64,000 nucleotides of DNA from Ranitomeya imitator (taxonomy: Eukaryota). Numbering within the stretch: the stretch's first letter is position 1; every line of letters starts with the position of its first letter. Shown here one piece after another: positions 12,201 to 22,945 of this stretch. The position numbers and the translations under genes are program-made. The stretch spans positions 34,100,001-34,164,000 of the forward strand of contig NC_091289.1 of NCBI RefSeq assembly GCF_032444005.1, in the 5' to 3' direction. Under the pieces are notes generated by a model. The model worked only from the letters and a program-made list of their open reading frames with translations, ran no database searches and was not told the DNA's origin.

Positions 12201-12293
12201 AGTAACATCCACAGCTGAGGTTGAACGCTCAAGAGCTGCCAACCTTCCCTCCAGCTGCTGGATGTACCGCTGTAGACGCTGATCGTCCGTCAT
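9213..12293 (-). CDS. Gag-Pol polyprotein (Gag, CCHC knuckle, protease, RT, RNase H, integrase HHCC), cut by an in-frame TGA
   Basis: CHVCQQSGHLATRC, VDSG, LPPHRPYDCPIDL, YLDD, EVDAS, TDHKNL, HSSRVGGHFG..CVSC; ends RP-TGA-EMVGMDF where RPWEMVGMDF is expected. Confidence 0.93.
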   Translation of the reverse strand: MTDDQRLQRYIQQLEGRLAALERSTSAVDVTAVAVQAASVAAATLSTAAPVPTLSHLPLTGKFSGDSKSCRGFVSQCSIHLELLASRFPTERAKVGFIVSLLSDRALQWATPLWERGDHVVQSAPLFLSTLKQVFLGPRVTHDTALQLLALTQGSSLVSQFAVHFRTLASELEWSDKALIPIFWRGLADHIKDALATREIPATLEELITVSTRIDLRFHERMLERAQCRQRFRLAPTFAKPLESPVQAPESHEPMVVSRAGSKSRTARALQVCHVCQQSGHLATRCLQRSRKRQRLVVVGGGALDTATFASKLSFKGTITLGTSSHSVDLCVDSGVEGNFMSSAFAQRHAIPLVMLPQPVTVRVVNGSTLPARITHQTIPFTLSMSPSHQEIISLLIIPEGIDEVLLGIPWLRYHSPHIEWSSGRILGWGESCGGSCHRECVQVATTEVPADLSSLPKQYWSYADVFSKKAAETLPPHRPYDCPIDLLPGAEPPLGRVYPLSLPETEAMSQYIQENLARGFIRKSVSPAGAGFFFVQKKNGELRPCIDYRGLNAITVKNKYPLPLISELFDRLRGARVFTKLDLRGAYNLIRIREGDEWKTAFNTRDGHYEYLVMPFGLCNAPAVFQDFVNDIFRDMLSTSVVVYLDDILIFSPDIDSHRRDVGRVFDLLRANSLYAKLEKCMFEQESLPFLGYIISAQGLAMDPAKLQAVMDWQEPHSLKAVQRFMGFINYYRQFIPHFSTLVAPLVALTKKGANPKVWSEEVSRAFSSTKSHFASAPILHRPDVDKPFIMEVDASSVGAGAVLFQKDAQGRKHPCFFFSKTFTPAERNYSIGDRELLAMKLAFSEWRHLLEGACFPFQVFTDHKNLLYLQTAQQLNSRQARWSLFFSRFHFTLHYLAGEKNIRADALSRSVVSSEEEEGEPRLIVPSESLRTVAPVSLESVPPGKTFVPINLRPEVLSWAHSSRVGGHFGTKRTSELLARTYWWPHMLRDVRDYVLACVSCAKNKSPRQRPSGLLYPLPVADRP

Positions 12294-12309
12294 TACTAGC
12301 CAGACCTGG

Positions 12310-12320
12310 GCGCTAGTATT
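12310..12320 (-). promoter_or_regulatory. Primer-binding site of self-priming type (non-tRNA)
   Basis: Minus strand AATACTAGCGC starts 1 nt after the 5' LTR. It has no TGG and is exactly complementary to GCGCTAGTATT at 12903-12893 in the LTR. Confidence 0.8.
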
Positions 12321-12321
12321 A

Positions 12322-13382
12322 TGTTAGGACTGGTGGAACGCACCAAGTATAAGGTGTAATGGTATTAGGTGCGTTCGCCGTCCGAGGTCCACCGTGCAGG
12401 TGAAAGACCCTGCTGCTAGTAAGACGGACTATATGGCGGTACTAAGTATACACACATGGGTTAACTTCACCCTGCGTGAAGGAAGCGATCCTGTTGCGTC
12501 ACAGGACCGCAGTACCGCACATAAAGCGCGAGCAAGAAGTCAGCGGACTCAACCCCTACACAGGATTGAAGTCCGATTAGACACTTGCTGGCACAACACC
12601 GCAACTGGGTGTGTCAGAGGAATATATATAATAATATAAAGGCACAAGAGTGCGTGCGGTGCAGCACTGACGGATGCCACTGACCACCCAGGCTTGGGTC
12701 AGGAAAGCGCAGAGCAAGCGCACGGCGCCGTACTGGCGAACACAGCAACTGGTAGCTGAAATGTGTGTTTCGTGCTGTTGCATAAGTCGGGCGCTAGATA
12801 GCAAACATACACCTTCCGCGAACAGACATTCAATAGGGAGGGTTATTTAAAGAGCGACTTTCACTCACAACACACACAAATATTTACAAGACAATACTAG
12901 CGCATGGCCGTGCGGCCATGCGAGGCTTAAATAGCTGCAGCATGTTTAGGACTTTCCAAAGAAGGACCAATGGAGTGCTGCAGCACCTGAGCATGTGACC
13001 CTGGATCTCCACTGAGAGATCTCGCCCTGGGCATGCTCAGAGTGCAAAGCAGGATTTAGTCCTAGCAGCTACAAGGACCTTAGCTGCAGTATCTGATCAT
13101 GTGACCCTTGATCTCCACTGAGAGATCTTACTCTGGGCATGCTCAGAATGTAAAAAGCAGGACTTAGCCCCAGAAACGTCCGCTCGCCGCTGCCCAGCAC
13201 TGACTTCAATGGGAGAAGCAGGAAACGCAGCAGTAACTCTAAGCACAGAGTCAGACTGAGCGAGACGCTGGGATCGACGTCTCTGCTGAGCAAGCTCCAC
13301 TGCGGCAGGAGAAGAATGGGAGACCGCAGTGGAGATGGCCCGAGATTCCCCCTGTGCAGAGGCAGGAACTCGACCCCTAACA
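12322..13382 (-). repeat. 5' LTR of the gypsy element with TATA-like box (12933-12927) and predicted TSS near 12903
   Basis: TG...CA termini; minus strand TATTTAA lies 30 nt before GCGCTAGTATT; U3 carries a ~110-bp imperfect tandem duplication. Confidence 0.95.
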
Positions 13383-15475
13383 CTTCTCTGTAGCCTCCTC
13401 ATTCTACAGATTAGTGGATGTCTAAGTGGTCAGACTTCCAATACCTGCATGTCATCTCTTGCTGGCCTCCATGATGCAACGGCAAATGCCTGGAGGAGCA
13501 CATTTTGAATGGGAATCTGCATTTTTCAAATGTCATAAAGTGATGGCATATCTTTAAGCTATGCTATCACTTTATGATCGTTGGGAGTCCAACTCCCCTA
13601 GTGTTCCATGTCCTTCTACGCTTCATTGTACAGAGGTGATTTGGGCTTTCCAGTTTTGCGGAGAACAGAGCAGGAAATCTGCAGGTAACTACTTGCTGGC
13701 ACCACGCTTGTGTAGGACCACTCTGAAGTATATAGGATGATATGTGGTGCCCCTGATCTCCTTAGATAGCCCTAGCAAAACTTACCGCGATGAAAGGTGA
13801 TGAAAGAGATGATTGGATGTAATAGCAACAGTTGATAAGTGAGAGTCCAGAGTCTAAAAAGTAATTATAAATATGGTGATAATATCTTATGATTCTTTGC
13901 TTGTGACTCAACCCGTTTCCCCATCTTTCCAGGTTCATCAGGGGGCTTGATGCGACTAGGAGTAGGCAATGAAGGTCACAGGCTCCTTCTGGTGTTCCTT
14001 ATGGTAATGGTGATGTGCTTTAAATATGCCTCCATAATCAGGGTTTTGTTAATTCTAGCCCTCTTAATAAAGTTACTATTCAACAATACAGGCCCACCCT
14101 GTCATCACGATAGTAAATGGTGCTGGACCATAGAGGTTGCAGTGTCCATATTAGATCAGAGCTTCTGCTCTTCTATAGTCTGCGCATGCTTTATAGCGCA
14201 ATCAGGATGGCAATAATCAGTGTACTCGTGACTAGAGCACACATCCGAATATGCAAACGTCTGTTTGGAAGCGCATGCGCTGTACATCAAACTGTGTGCG
14301 CATGCGCTGTACGCCCAACTTTGTGCGCATGCACTCCAAATCGGAACGCAAAGCATTTCTCCTTGTCCGTATATATGGCCAGATGTGAACATGACCTATA
14401 ATATGGACAGAATACACCTGCTGCAAATAATGAAGCCTTTGATTACAATCATCAGACGTGCTTAAGACAACATCAGTGGTGACATTTTATGTTAAATTTG
14501 GAGAAAACACTTGATATACTGTATATGTTGCGTTGAGCTATTTAAATTATTCTCGATTAATTGGTTTATTGCAAACAGCAGAAAGTTTGTCACATTCTGC
14601 TAATAAAACAAATTTGCAATGAGGGTTTGATTATTTGATTGCAATTGTATGTCTGCAACTTGTTGCCTTGTTGATGTCTATGGCATTTAGCCTGCATACA
14701 ATGATACCAATTTCTGTAGGTACATTAAAATATTGGAAAGACACCAAAAAAAGTTTCCTCAAAAGCTATCATGTCAGATCAAAACTTCTCGAGAGAAGAA
14801 TATAAAGACTAGATAATGATGACATCTTGATATTACAAGCCACAAATTGTCTGAACCATAGAATGAAAGGCGACCAAACAAACGCTAGATCAATATCACA
14901 TCTTATGGAAAGCCTATAAACATCATTATAAATTACAATTACAGCATTATTTCACTGTAATCAATGCGAAGAGAACAGCAGGACATCACTAATCTGCATT
15001 TTTCTATTACATGGATATGATGATCAATAAACTCCCTGAAATGTGCAACATTCACTTTATTATATCGATATGGACTTTTTTTTTTATAATTAGCATTCTT
15101 ACTAAAGAGCAGAATCAGTTTGTGCCACAGAAAAAAATATTGCATTTCTACTAAATGGTACAAAGAAAATTGCTGGTTGGTTACTGCACCAATAAGAAGA
15201 GAAAAAAAAGAGAGAAAATGATGGTGTTATGATTCAATTAGAGTCATACATTCAGAATTTAGGGTTAAATATACTGCTACTACCCTCATCACAGATGCAT
15301 TGAGTCATTCCTGTCACAATTCTAACTCTCAGTGTGTCTGGGATAGTCTCTTCTGATAGGAGGATGACTAGAACTCTAGTGCCACCTATTGGAAGTAGCA
15401 ATCCTAGCAGTCAATGTCGACTCTTTAACGAGCCTTGTCACATGACTTAGGATAAGAACCAAACCAAAATCTCAA

Positions 15476-15520
15476 TTTGCAGACACTGTGTTTTGGGGTA
15501 CTGCCCCTCGTCAGTGCAAA
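15476..15520 (-). ncRNA. Minimal type I hammerhead ribozyme motif, G12->A (probably inactive)
   Basis: TTTGCA CTGACGA GGGG-CAGTA-CCCC AAA ACACAGTGT C TGCAAA: stem I TTTGCA/TGCAAA, stem II GGGG/CCCC, short near-palindromic stem III, GUC site; GAAA reads AAAA. Confidence 0.7.
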
Positions 15521-15729
15521 GTGGAGATCTGGTTTGGCTGAGTGAGAGGCGTCTGACCGTGATAGTCCTCTTCCTCTCTGAAGAGACTATTTGCATATTT
15601 CACAGAGGAGCATTACGGCTTTAAGTCTCCTCATCTCGGCATACTTAAGATGTCACTCTCCGCAAGGAGAAACGTTACTGCTTGGCTCACGGTCAGAGGC
15701 CTCTCACGCAGCCAAACCAGATCTCACAC

Positions 15730-15774
15730 TTTGCACTGATGAGGGGCAGTACTCCAAAACACAGTGTCTGCAAA
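15730..15774 (+). ncRNA. Minimal type I hammerhead ribozyme motif, G12->A (probably inactive)
   Basis: TTTGCA CTGATGA GGGGCAGTACTCC AAA ACACAGTGT C TGCAAA; cleavage triplet GUC ends at 15768. Confidence 0.7.
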
Positions 15775-15980
15775 TTGAGATTCTGGCTCGGCTTTTATCC
15801 TAAGTGATGTGACAAGGCTCGTTAAAGGGTCGACATTGACTTTTAGGATTGCCACTTCCAAAGGGTGGCACTAGAGTTCTAGTCATCTTCTACTATTTGA
15901 ATACTCCATCTGGTTTGAAATCTCTTGTTGCATAGCATACTACATATACATATATACATATATATACTGTTTATATACAC

Positions 15981-16175
15981 TAGAGATGAGCGAACATGCT
16001 CGAGCATGCTCATATGCTAACCAAGTGTCTTCGGTGTGCTCGAATAATATGTTCAAGTTGAGACATCGGGACAGCCACAATACATGCAGACGCGGGGACT
16101 TGGACATATTTTTCGAGCACGCCGAAGACACTTGGTTAGCACATGAGCATGGTCGGGCACGTTCGTTCTTCAATA
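15981..16175. mobile_element. Palindromic hAT-type MITE (TAGAGATGAGCGAA end)
   Basis: Internal inverted arms (GCTAACCAAGTGTCTTCGG / CCGAAGACACTTGGTTAGC); degenerate 8-bp TSD ATATACAC/ATATCTAC. Confidence 0.7.
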
Positions 16176-19100
16176 ATATCTACACATACACCGGGATACA
16201 GGCTTCACATGAAAAAAAAACATAAACAAAGAGCGTACAGCTAAAATTACCCAAGCCTCGGAAGTATCTGTGACCTAGCCTATCCTTGCTCTATAAAAAA
16301 TGTTTAGCCTAGGGACTTGGTGGGGGGGATTCACTAATGTAATCCTAGCCTTGGGCCCACTAATGTCTTTCCACAAAAGATCAAAATGTTTTCATATCAG
16401 GCCGCGGCACATTACCATTATGCATTCGTGCATTAGTAATTCACAGGGGGCAAACTATGAAAATTGTAGAAAACATGGAAAATTGGAGGGAAAGAAAATG
16501 GGATTAATCATCCCTATTTGTTGTTATGGAGCTAAGACGCGCTAGCGTGCTGCTATTGGAAAACAAGTCACCACTTTCCATTTATCAAGAGGTGATGTGC
16601 TCTAATGTCTAATGGGTATAATTACACATTTGGATAAATAGCACTGAAAATGCGGCATAAATAGCAGACAGAGAGAGCACTTCCAGGCTGAGCAACTGAG
16701 TAAATGATATAAATGCTGCAATAAAGCACATACAGTACAACACTAATAGCAATCATTGTGTTCAAAATAACCCTTAAAGAGAGCCCGTCACCACAAAATG
16801 TACTTATTTACTGTGTGATTGGCCAAAACACCATCACATTATAAGTACTGATGCTTCTTATATTCTGTAGACACCTTCAAGATTAATGAACATTGATAGC
16901 AGAAGAGGTGTAAAGGCTCAAATTTTGCCGCTATGTTTATTTCAATGAAAAATACATGAAGATCGACCCTCTCTCTCTGGAAAACAATGTTCCCTTGTCT
17001 CTAAAGACAATATTTGAAGCTACCGAGCATCGAAGCAAAATATGTAAGAGGAGGTCCAACCAGAAGGTATTGTGGCACTGTAGAAGTCATACAAAAAGTA
17101 TAACATTCTAATGCTATAGTAGTTTATACTTGCAAACATTTTTTCAGTTGGGCATCAGGGAGGAAAGCTAGTTGATAGCTGTCCTGGTTCAAGCTCCAAA
17201 TCTACAACCCATCTCCTTATCTGACCGGCTCCTTCTGAAACACGGCACAAACCTCTAAGATCACATTCCCTGGGCTTAATGGTCAGCTCGGGAATCAGAA
17301 CTCTGCCTGAGTATTCGGGTTGTCAGCGTTCTAGCCAGTACTCTGGATCAATATTCCGGCCACTCAATTTTACTACATCATTACTGTGATTCACTTGATA
17401 AGCCCAGCTCTGCTACAAGGCTGGGCTCTGCTACAACACTCAACTCTTCTACATCACTGGGTTCTGCTACAAGATAACTTTGAGTTAACAAGCAAGTCTG
17501 TGTTCCAACCACAAGTATATGACTTCACAGATGATTTGAATACAATTAAAATGTATTTAGAATAGTAACTACAATTAAAAGAGATAAAGATAAGAAATAA
17601 AAAGTATATACGGAACCCCTATGACTGTGTGAGAGAGATCTGCCCTGTTACAAAAGGGTGCAGTATTTAAATCAAAATTCTGGCTCATAACCATGAAGTT
17701 TCCATGCATGATCAGACTGAATTATTAAATAAAGGGGTTGTCCACTACTAGGACATCCCCTTCTCACTCTCAATGTTAAAATAAAAATACCTACTGTATA
17801 TGCACCTCTCATGCTGGGGCGATTCCAGTGGTTTTGGGTACCAGCAATTGGACATATAAGGAATCAAGAGGAAGTCAGAGCTATGACTGGCCGCTCACTT
17901 CCTCTTGATCCCTTATACGTCTGAAGGCGGGGACAGTGACACCAGTGTTAATTGGGAGCAGGGCTCGCGTAATGTAACAATCTCATTTGAGCACCGGGAA
18001 TGCGACTACGCAATTGTTTTTTTACTTGAAAAAGACTCTAGTCCAGCGCTGAAACGCCTTGTGAAAATGAAAACCGTTCAACTTATCTTGGTCCCAAGGA
18101 TTCTTTATTACAGCCTGATATCATGGTATCATCCAAACTGGTCAACTATGCTGGAGAAGATCATCCCACCGACACGAGGCAGCAGCAGCTGCTATCTTCA
18201 GGTGTTCAAAGGTAGATAACCAGCTCAGGTGAGCACCTTCCTTTTACTTACCTTTGCACCTAAATAGGCATCACCTGACGGTCTTGTTCCCTCACGGATT
18301 TTATACAAGTTTAGAGATGTCTTACAAAGTAAGGTCAAACTTGGGAAAAACGTTATGGCTCTCCCCAAAAATATCTCAAAATAGAAAAATTCAAATGAGT
18401 CATGAAACTTTTTTAACATTTTGGTTGAACTAATGCGTTTATTATTAAATCTGTCCCAAAAGACATCGTATCACATCCTAATGAAATTCTTATGAATGTT
18501 GATTCAGCTAGAAAAGTAGCTGCTACCTTGATATGTAGGTGACAGTTGCCTTCTGGGGATCGGCTCTGGCCCATGGGCATTGTGCTGCAATATCACCAAA
18601 CACAGATTATATTAATGCTTATAAGACAAAAGATTACATCTGTTTACTGAAGCAACTTTCCATCCAGATAATTAGGTCACAGCCGACGCGGCTTCCTGTG
18701 AACCTCTTGTTGCCATGAATGTTCCGTAACTTCGGAAGGGACTTGTCTCTTTAATTCTAATGCACAAAACGTAAATGCGCAGCATTTTATTTGTTCCAGT
18801 AAATTAAACAGTACAGAAAACAGAGTTTAAAAAGGGAGAAAAACAATCTCTACTGGGACCGAGCTCTTCAAACAACTATGATATCAATTAAAACCACACT
18901 CTATTTACAGCTAACAAAATCCTAATTAAACAGCTTGGCACCCAACTCACAGCTAAAAGAAACAAAGTAAAAGGTCATTTGAGCCTCTTGACATTGCTGG
19001 ATTATGTGTTTGTTCAACCGCGGAGAGAAAAATCATCCTTGCTACTTGCTGTCTGCAGTAGGGGTCTCTGACAGTTAAAATAAACTGTATTTCATATATG

Positions 19101-19181
19101 CTGTTTATATAGAACTAACATAGTTTCCGCATAGAAAATTCTCATCTATAAGACCATATTCTGATGGGGACCCCTATCTAA

Positions 19182-19780
19182 AGGCCCCATACACATTAGA
19201 CTAATGACTGCCAATTGCCGAATCCACATTCATCGAGGCGCTCAAAGACTGCCGAACTGACCTATATCGAGGTGCTCAGAGACTGCCGAACCCACCTATA
19301 TCGAGGTGCTTAGACACTGCCGAACCCACCTATATCAAGGTGCTTAGACACTGCCGAACCCACCTATATCGAGGCACTCAGAGACTGCCGAACCCACCTA
19401 TATCAAGGCGCTCAGAGACTGCCAAACCCATCTACATCGAGGCGCTCAAAGACTGCCAAACCCATCTATATCAAGGCGCTCAGAGACTGCCGAACCCATC
19501 TATATCAAGGCGCTCAGAAACTGCCGAACCCACCTATATCGAGGCGCTCAGAGACTGCCGAACCCACCTATATCAAGGCGCTCGGAGACTGCCAAACCCA
19601 TCTATATCGAGGCGCTCAGAGACTACCAAACCCATCTATATCAAGGCGCTCAGAGACTGCCGAACCCATCTATATCAAGGCGCTCAGAGACTGCCGAACC
19701 CACCTATATCGAGGCGCTCAGAGACTGCCGAACCCACCTATATTGACGAGCTCGGACGACAATCCAATGTGTATAGGGGC
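19182..19780. mobile_element. Harbinger-like MITE containing a 34-bp tandem array
   Basis: Ends GGCCCCATACACATT...AATGTGTATAGGGGC. Superfamily inferred from the GGC..CATACAC terminus. Confidence 0.5.
19222..19745. repeat. 34-bp tandem repeat, ~15 copies
   Basis: Unit GAGACTGCCGAACCCACCTATATCGAGGCGCTCA; starts at 19381 and 19415. Confidence 0.92.
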
Positions 19781-22129
19781 ACCAGATGACTGATCGTTAG
19801 GTAAGATGTCAATTGGGCATGTCCACTTTTCAGACTGACAATTGCATTGTTCTCCCAGAAATAAGCCGCTGGCTTTTCATCGGTGACTTTCTCATAGGGA
19901 ACACAGGAGCATCCCTGTGTATGGGAGAGTTGGCTGGATTGGCTGTCGGCCCTTTTAATCTATATGAGGGCCTTAACTTTATTGTAAAGTGGATCTGTCA
20001 CCAGATTCAACAATGTAAAGAACTGCATAAATTATTCAGAATTGCTCTATGATCCAGGACTCATAAACTCATGACATGATCATTATAATAATAGGATTAT
20101 ACAGCCTTTCTGACTTGGATGTTTTTAGAATTCGCTTTTGGGTTCAGCAATATTTACCACTCCTGCCCCTCTGCTCCTCACCGCCACTCGTCTGGTCCTC
20201 TTTGCATCATTGAATCTTTGTCGACAGTGATGAAATCCTGAGGCATTGGTCACTCTCTGCCTGGCTTTCCTTTCACGTTTCCTCAGAGCTCTGTGCGGTA
20301 ACATTTACGGACGCATGTGCAGAACCTCCCAGTTCTACAAATCCCGGAAGCCTCGACCTAGCGACCAATGCCTGCTACGCCAGCGTTGTCTGTACTTTTG
20401 TGATAGTTAACAGTATTGTGACTTTGGGACAGTTTTCAGCCCCGTCATTTGCTAAAAGTAGGGTGTTACTCTTCTCTATGCAACAAGAAATTGAGTTAAC
20501 TGGAACTCTGCTTTCTGTTACATTGCCCCAAAGCAGATATGGAGACTTTTCATGGTATGTTGTTGAACAGTAGCTGACACATGAGTGGGCCATTGAGCAA
20601 GAACAATATATGGACCCTTTGAAGTCCAATAATGCATTTTAATGCACAATTCCACATGGTTTGAAGGTGGAAATTGGCCCCCTGACTTCTTGTGCCCCTG
20701 TGTGGCCACAAAAGTAGCACCAATAATATGTCCACCCCTGATATTGAACTGTAGATTTCTCACATTTTGGGACTAGAGGTAGGCAGGTTTTTGGAGAACA
20801 TAGGTGTGCGTTTCACCCTAAACTAACTTGCCCACATTGGAGAAAAATGAGTGACCTTCAACCATGGAGTCTTGCAGTTATAAAGAAGTGATAAGTGAAT
20901 CCTTAAACCAATATTTTAATCTGAATATTAACATGTCAGCAAATCTTCCCCTCTCTTCCCGTTGCTATTAGAAGTTCTGAACTTTGCAGTTAGATCATGA
21001 TTTTAACTTAACGAAATTAGGATGATACTGAACGCTGATCTCCAACATGAATCAGAGATGAATAAAATATTGTAAATTGGTGTTTTGACTGCTGAGTGGG
21101 GTGACAGGTTGAGATTATCCCTGACAGCTGTCTGAGCTAATCAGTATCTCATTTAGGAAGGTTGAAGAAACTCTCGTACACTATTAAGAGCAAGTCCCAG
21201 GCTAAAAGGAAAGACCAGTAACATTCTAGAAGAGCGGTAGCTTTCATTGTGATACACAGGCTGCAAGATCAAACGTGTTTATCACCATAAATATGAAAGG
21301 CTTCCTGTTAAATTAATAATTAAAAAGAAAAAAATTAAGATCAAAATATTTGATGTAAAGGAGAGGATGATGTTAGGATGTTATGTGCTCTTGTACGTCC
21401 CTTCTGGAAGTCATTCCAAAAAGGTACTCAAAGTAAATACCACCAAAGGAATATATGGGGAAATAGATGAGAGTTGGGTAGATGAGCTCAATCGACATGA
21501 TGTCTTATTTTGATATTATAGAGTTTTGCGCAGGGAGCTTACTCTAAGGGTGCATAGGTTGTACCTGGACCATGGAGCTGAAGGAGGAGATCCGTACTAT
21601 ATTTCATGTTTAAGAACGGCAACTCTCTTACTCTTGTGGGTATGTGTCAAAAATTTACCATAGTAATCAAAAATTTTGAGCTGTGATTCAATATTAGTTC
21701 TCCATCTTGAAAGGAGCCTAATGAGCCTTAGTATGGACTATAAAAGAACCAGATGGGCCTCAAAAAATTAACATTTTATATTGGTACGTAAAGTCATTAA
21801 TTTAGCAAATACTTACCAATAGAGATTAATGAATCAATTCAACGCAAATCGAATTTGTGATGAATTTTAGGACGCCCCCTGGACCTGACGAATTATGACA
21901 ATATCCAATTTGATTTGCGCAAATAGCCATAATGCCTGCTCCTATTTTACACAATCCCAAAGCAAATATCAGTCAGAGACAGATCACATGACCTTGGGCG
22001 AAACAAGACAGGCTTCCCAATAATGTATTACCGCTATCTCATCAGATAGTATAAGGGGTAATGTTTCTCCTTGTAGAGAGAGACATGCCTGACATTCTAT
22101 TTTAAGGAGACATATAGGCCATGCAATGC

Positions 22130-22600
22130 TCCTCGGGGAAATTAAATATGCAAATTACCTCTTTAGAGAAGAAGAGGACTTGAACTCTAGTGCCACCTTT
22201 TGGAAGTAGCAATCCTAAAAGTCAATATCGACCACTTAGCGGGCAGTGCAACATGACTTAGAATAAAAGCCAAATCAGAATCTCTATTTGCAGATGTGTT
22301 GCCCCTCTTCAGTGCAAAGCATGGGATCTAATTTGGTTGTGTGAGAGACCACAAGGAAAAACATTACATTATAGACCCCAGGCAAATGCCTCTCATACTG
22401 CCAAATCAGATCTTTGCACTGAGGAAAGGCAACACCCCGAAAAGCATGTCTAAAAATTGAGAGTCTAGTTCGACTTTAATGCTAAGTCAAGTGACAAGGC
22501 TCATTAAAGGGTTGATATTAACTATTAGGATTGATACTTCCAATGTGAGGCACTAGAGTTCATGTCCTCTTCCTCTTTGAAAAGGCAATTTGTATATTAC
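22130..22600. mobile_element. Older copy of the Penelope-derived inverted hammerhead element
   Basis: Arms homologous to 15362-15890 (GAACTCTAGTGCCAC...GGCACTAGAGTTC). The plus HHR at 22413-22456 keeps CTGAGGA, GAAA and GTC but has eroded stems; the minus HHR at ~22287-22318 is internally deleted. Confidence 0.65.
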
Positions 22601-22699
22601 AAAGTATAGCACTTCACATAGTATAATACAGCATATCGTAGCCTGTATAAAAGCTAAAACAGGGAATGCAGAGCAGCAACCATTTTGGGATAAATCGGT

Positions 22700-22945
22700 T
22701 TAGTGAGTGGATTTCACAGTTCACAGTCTAGCAATAGTAATAGGGAGAAAGCCAAAAACTCTGGTAGATATAGTACAGATATGGTGCATGACAAAACAGC
22801 AGTTTTCCCTATCAGTATGTCTTTGGAATGTGGGAGGAAACCCATGCAAACACGAAGAGAACATACAAACTCTTTGCTGATGTTGCCTTAGTGGGGCTTG
22901 AACCCAGGACTCCAGCGCTGCAAGGCTGCTGTACTATCCACTCCA
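22700..22945 (-). mobile_element. tRNA-derived V-SINE, degenerate
   Basis: Minus strand AGTGGATAGTACAGCAGCCTTGCAGCGCTGGAGTCCTGGGTTCAAGCCC (A/B boxes), then GAGTTTGTATGTTCTC..GGGTTTCCTCCCACATTCCAAAGACAT (V-domain-like). The low-coordinate end is approximate. Confidence 0.75.

Larger units (their letters stand above)
7091..13382 (-). mobile_element. Full-length Ty3/gypsy chromovirus LTR retrotransposon (Tf1/sushi group), 6292 bp
   Basis: Two 1061-bp LTRs with TGTTAGG...CCTAACA ends; single gag-PR-RT-RH-IN-chromodomain frame; PPT; CTTCTC duplicated at 7085-7090 and 13383-13388. Confidence 0.96.
15362..15890. mobile_element. Penelope-derived inverted (pseudo-LTR) element carrying two minimal hammerhead motifs
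   Basis: ~200-bp arms 15363-15561 and 15688-15888 are reverse complements, each with a type I hammerhead-like core. The PLE link follows from the known association of minimal type I HHRs with Penelope-like elements. Confidence 0.75.

Noticed and set aside
22880-22945. tRNA gene
   Set aside because: Only degenerate A/B boxes followed by a V-SINE body; no cloverleaf.
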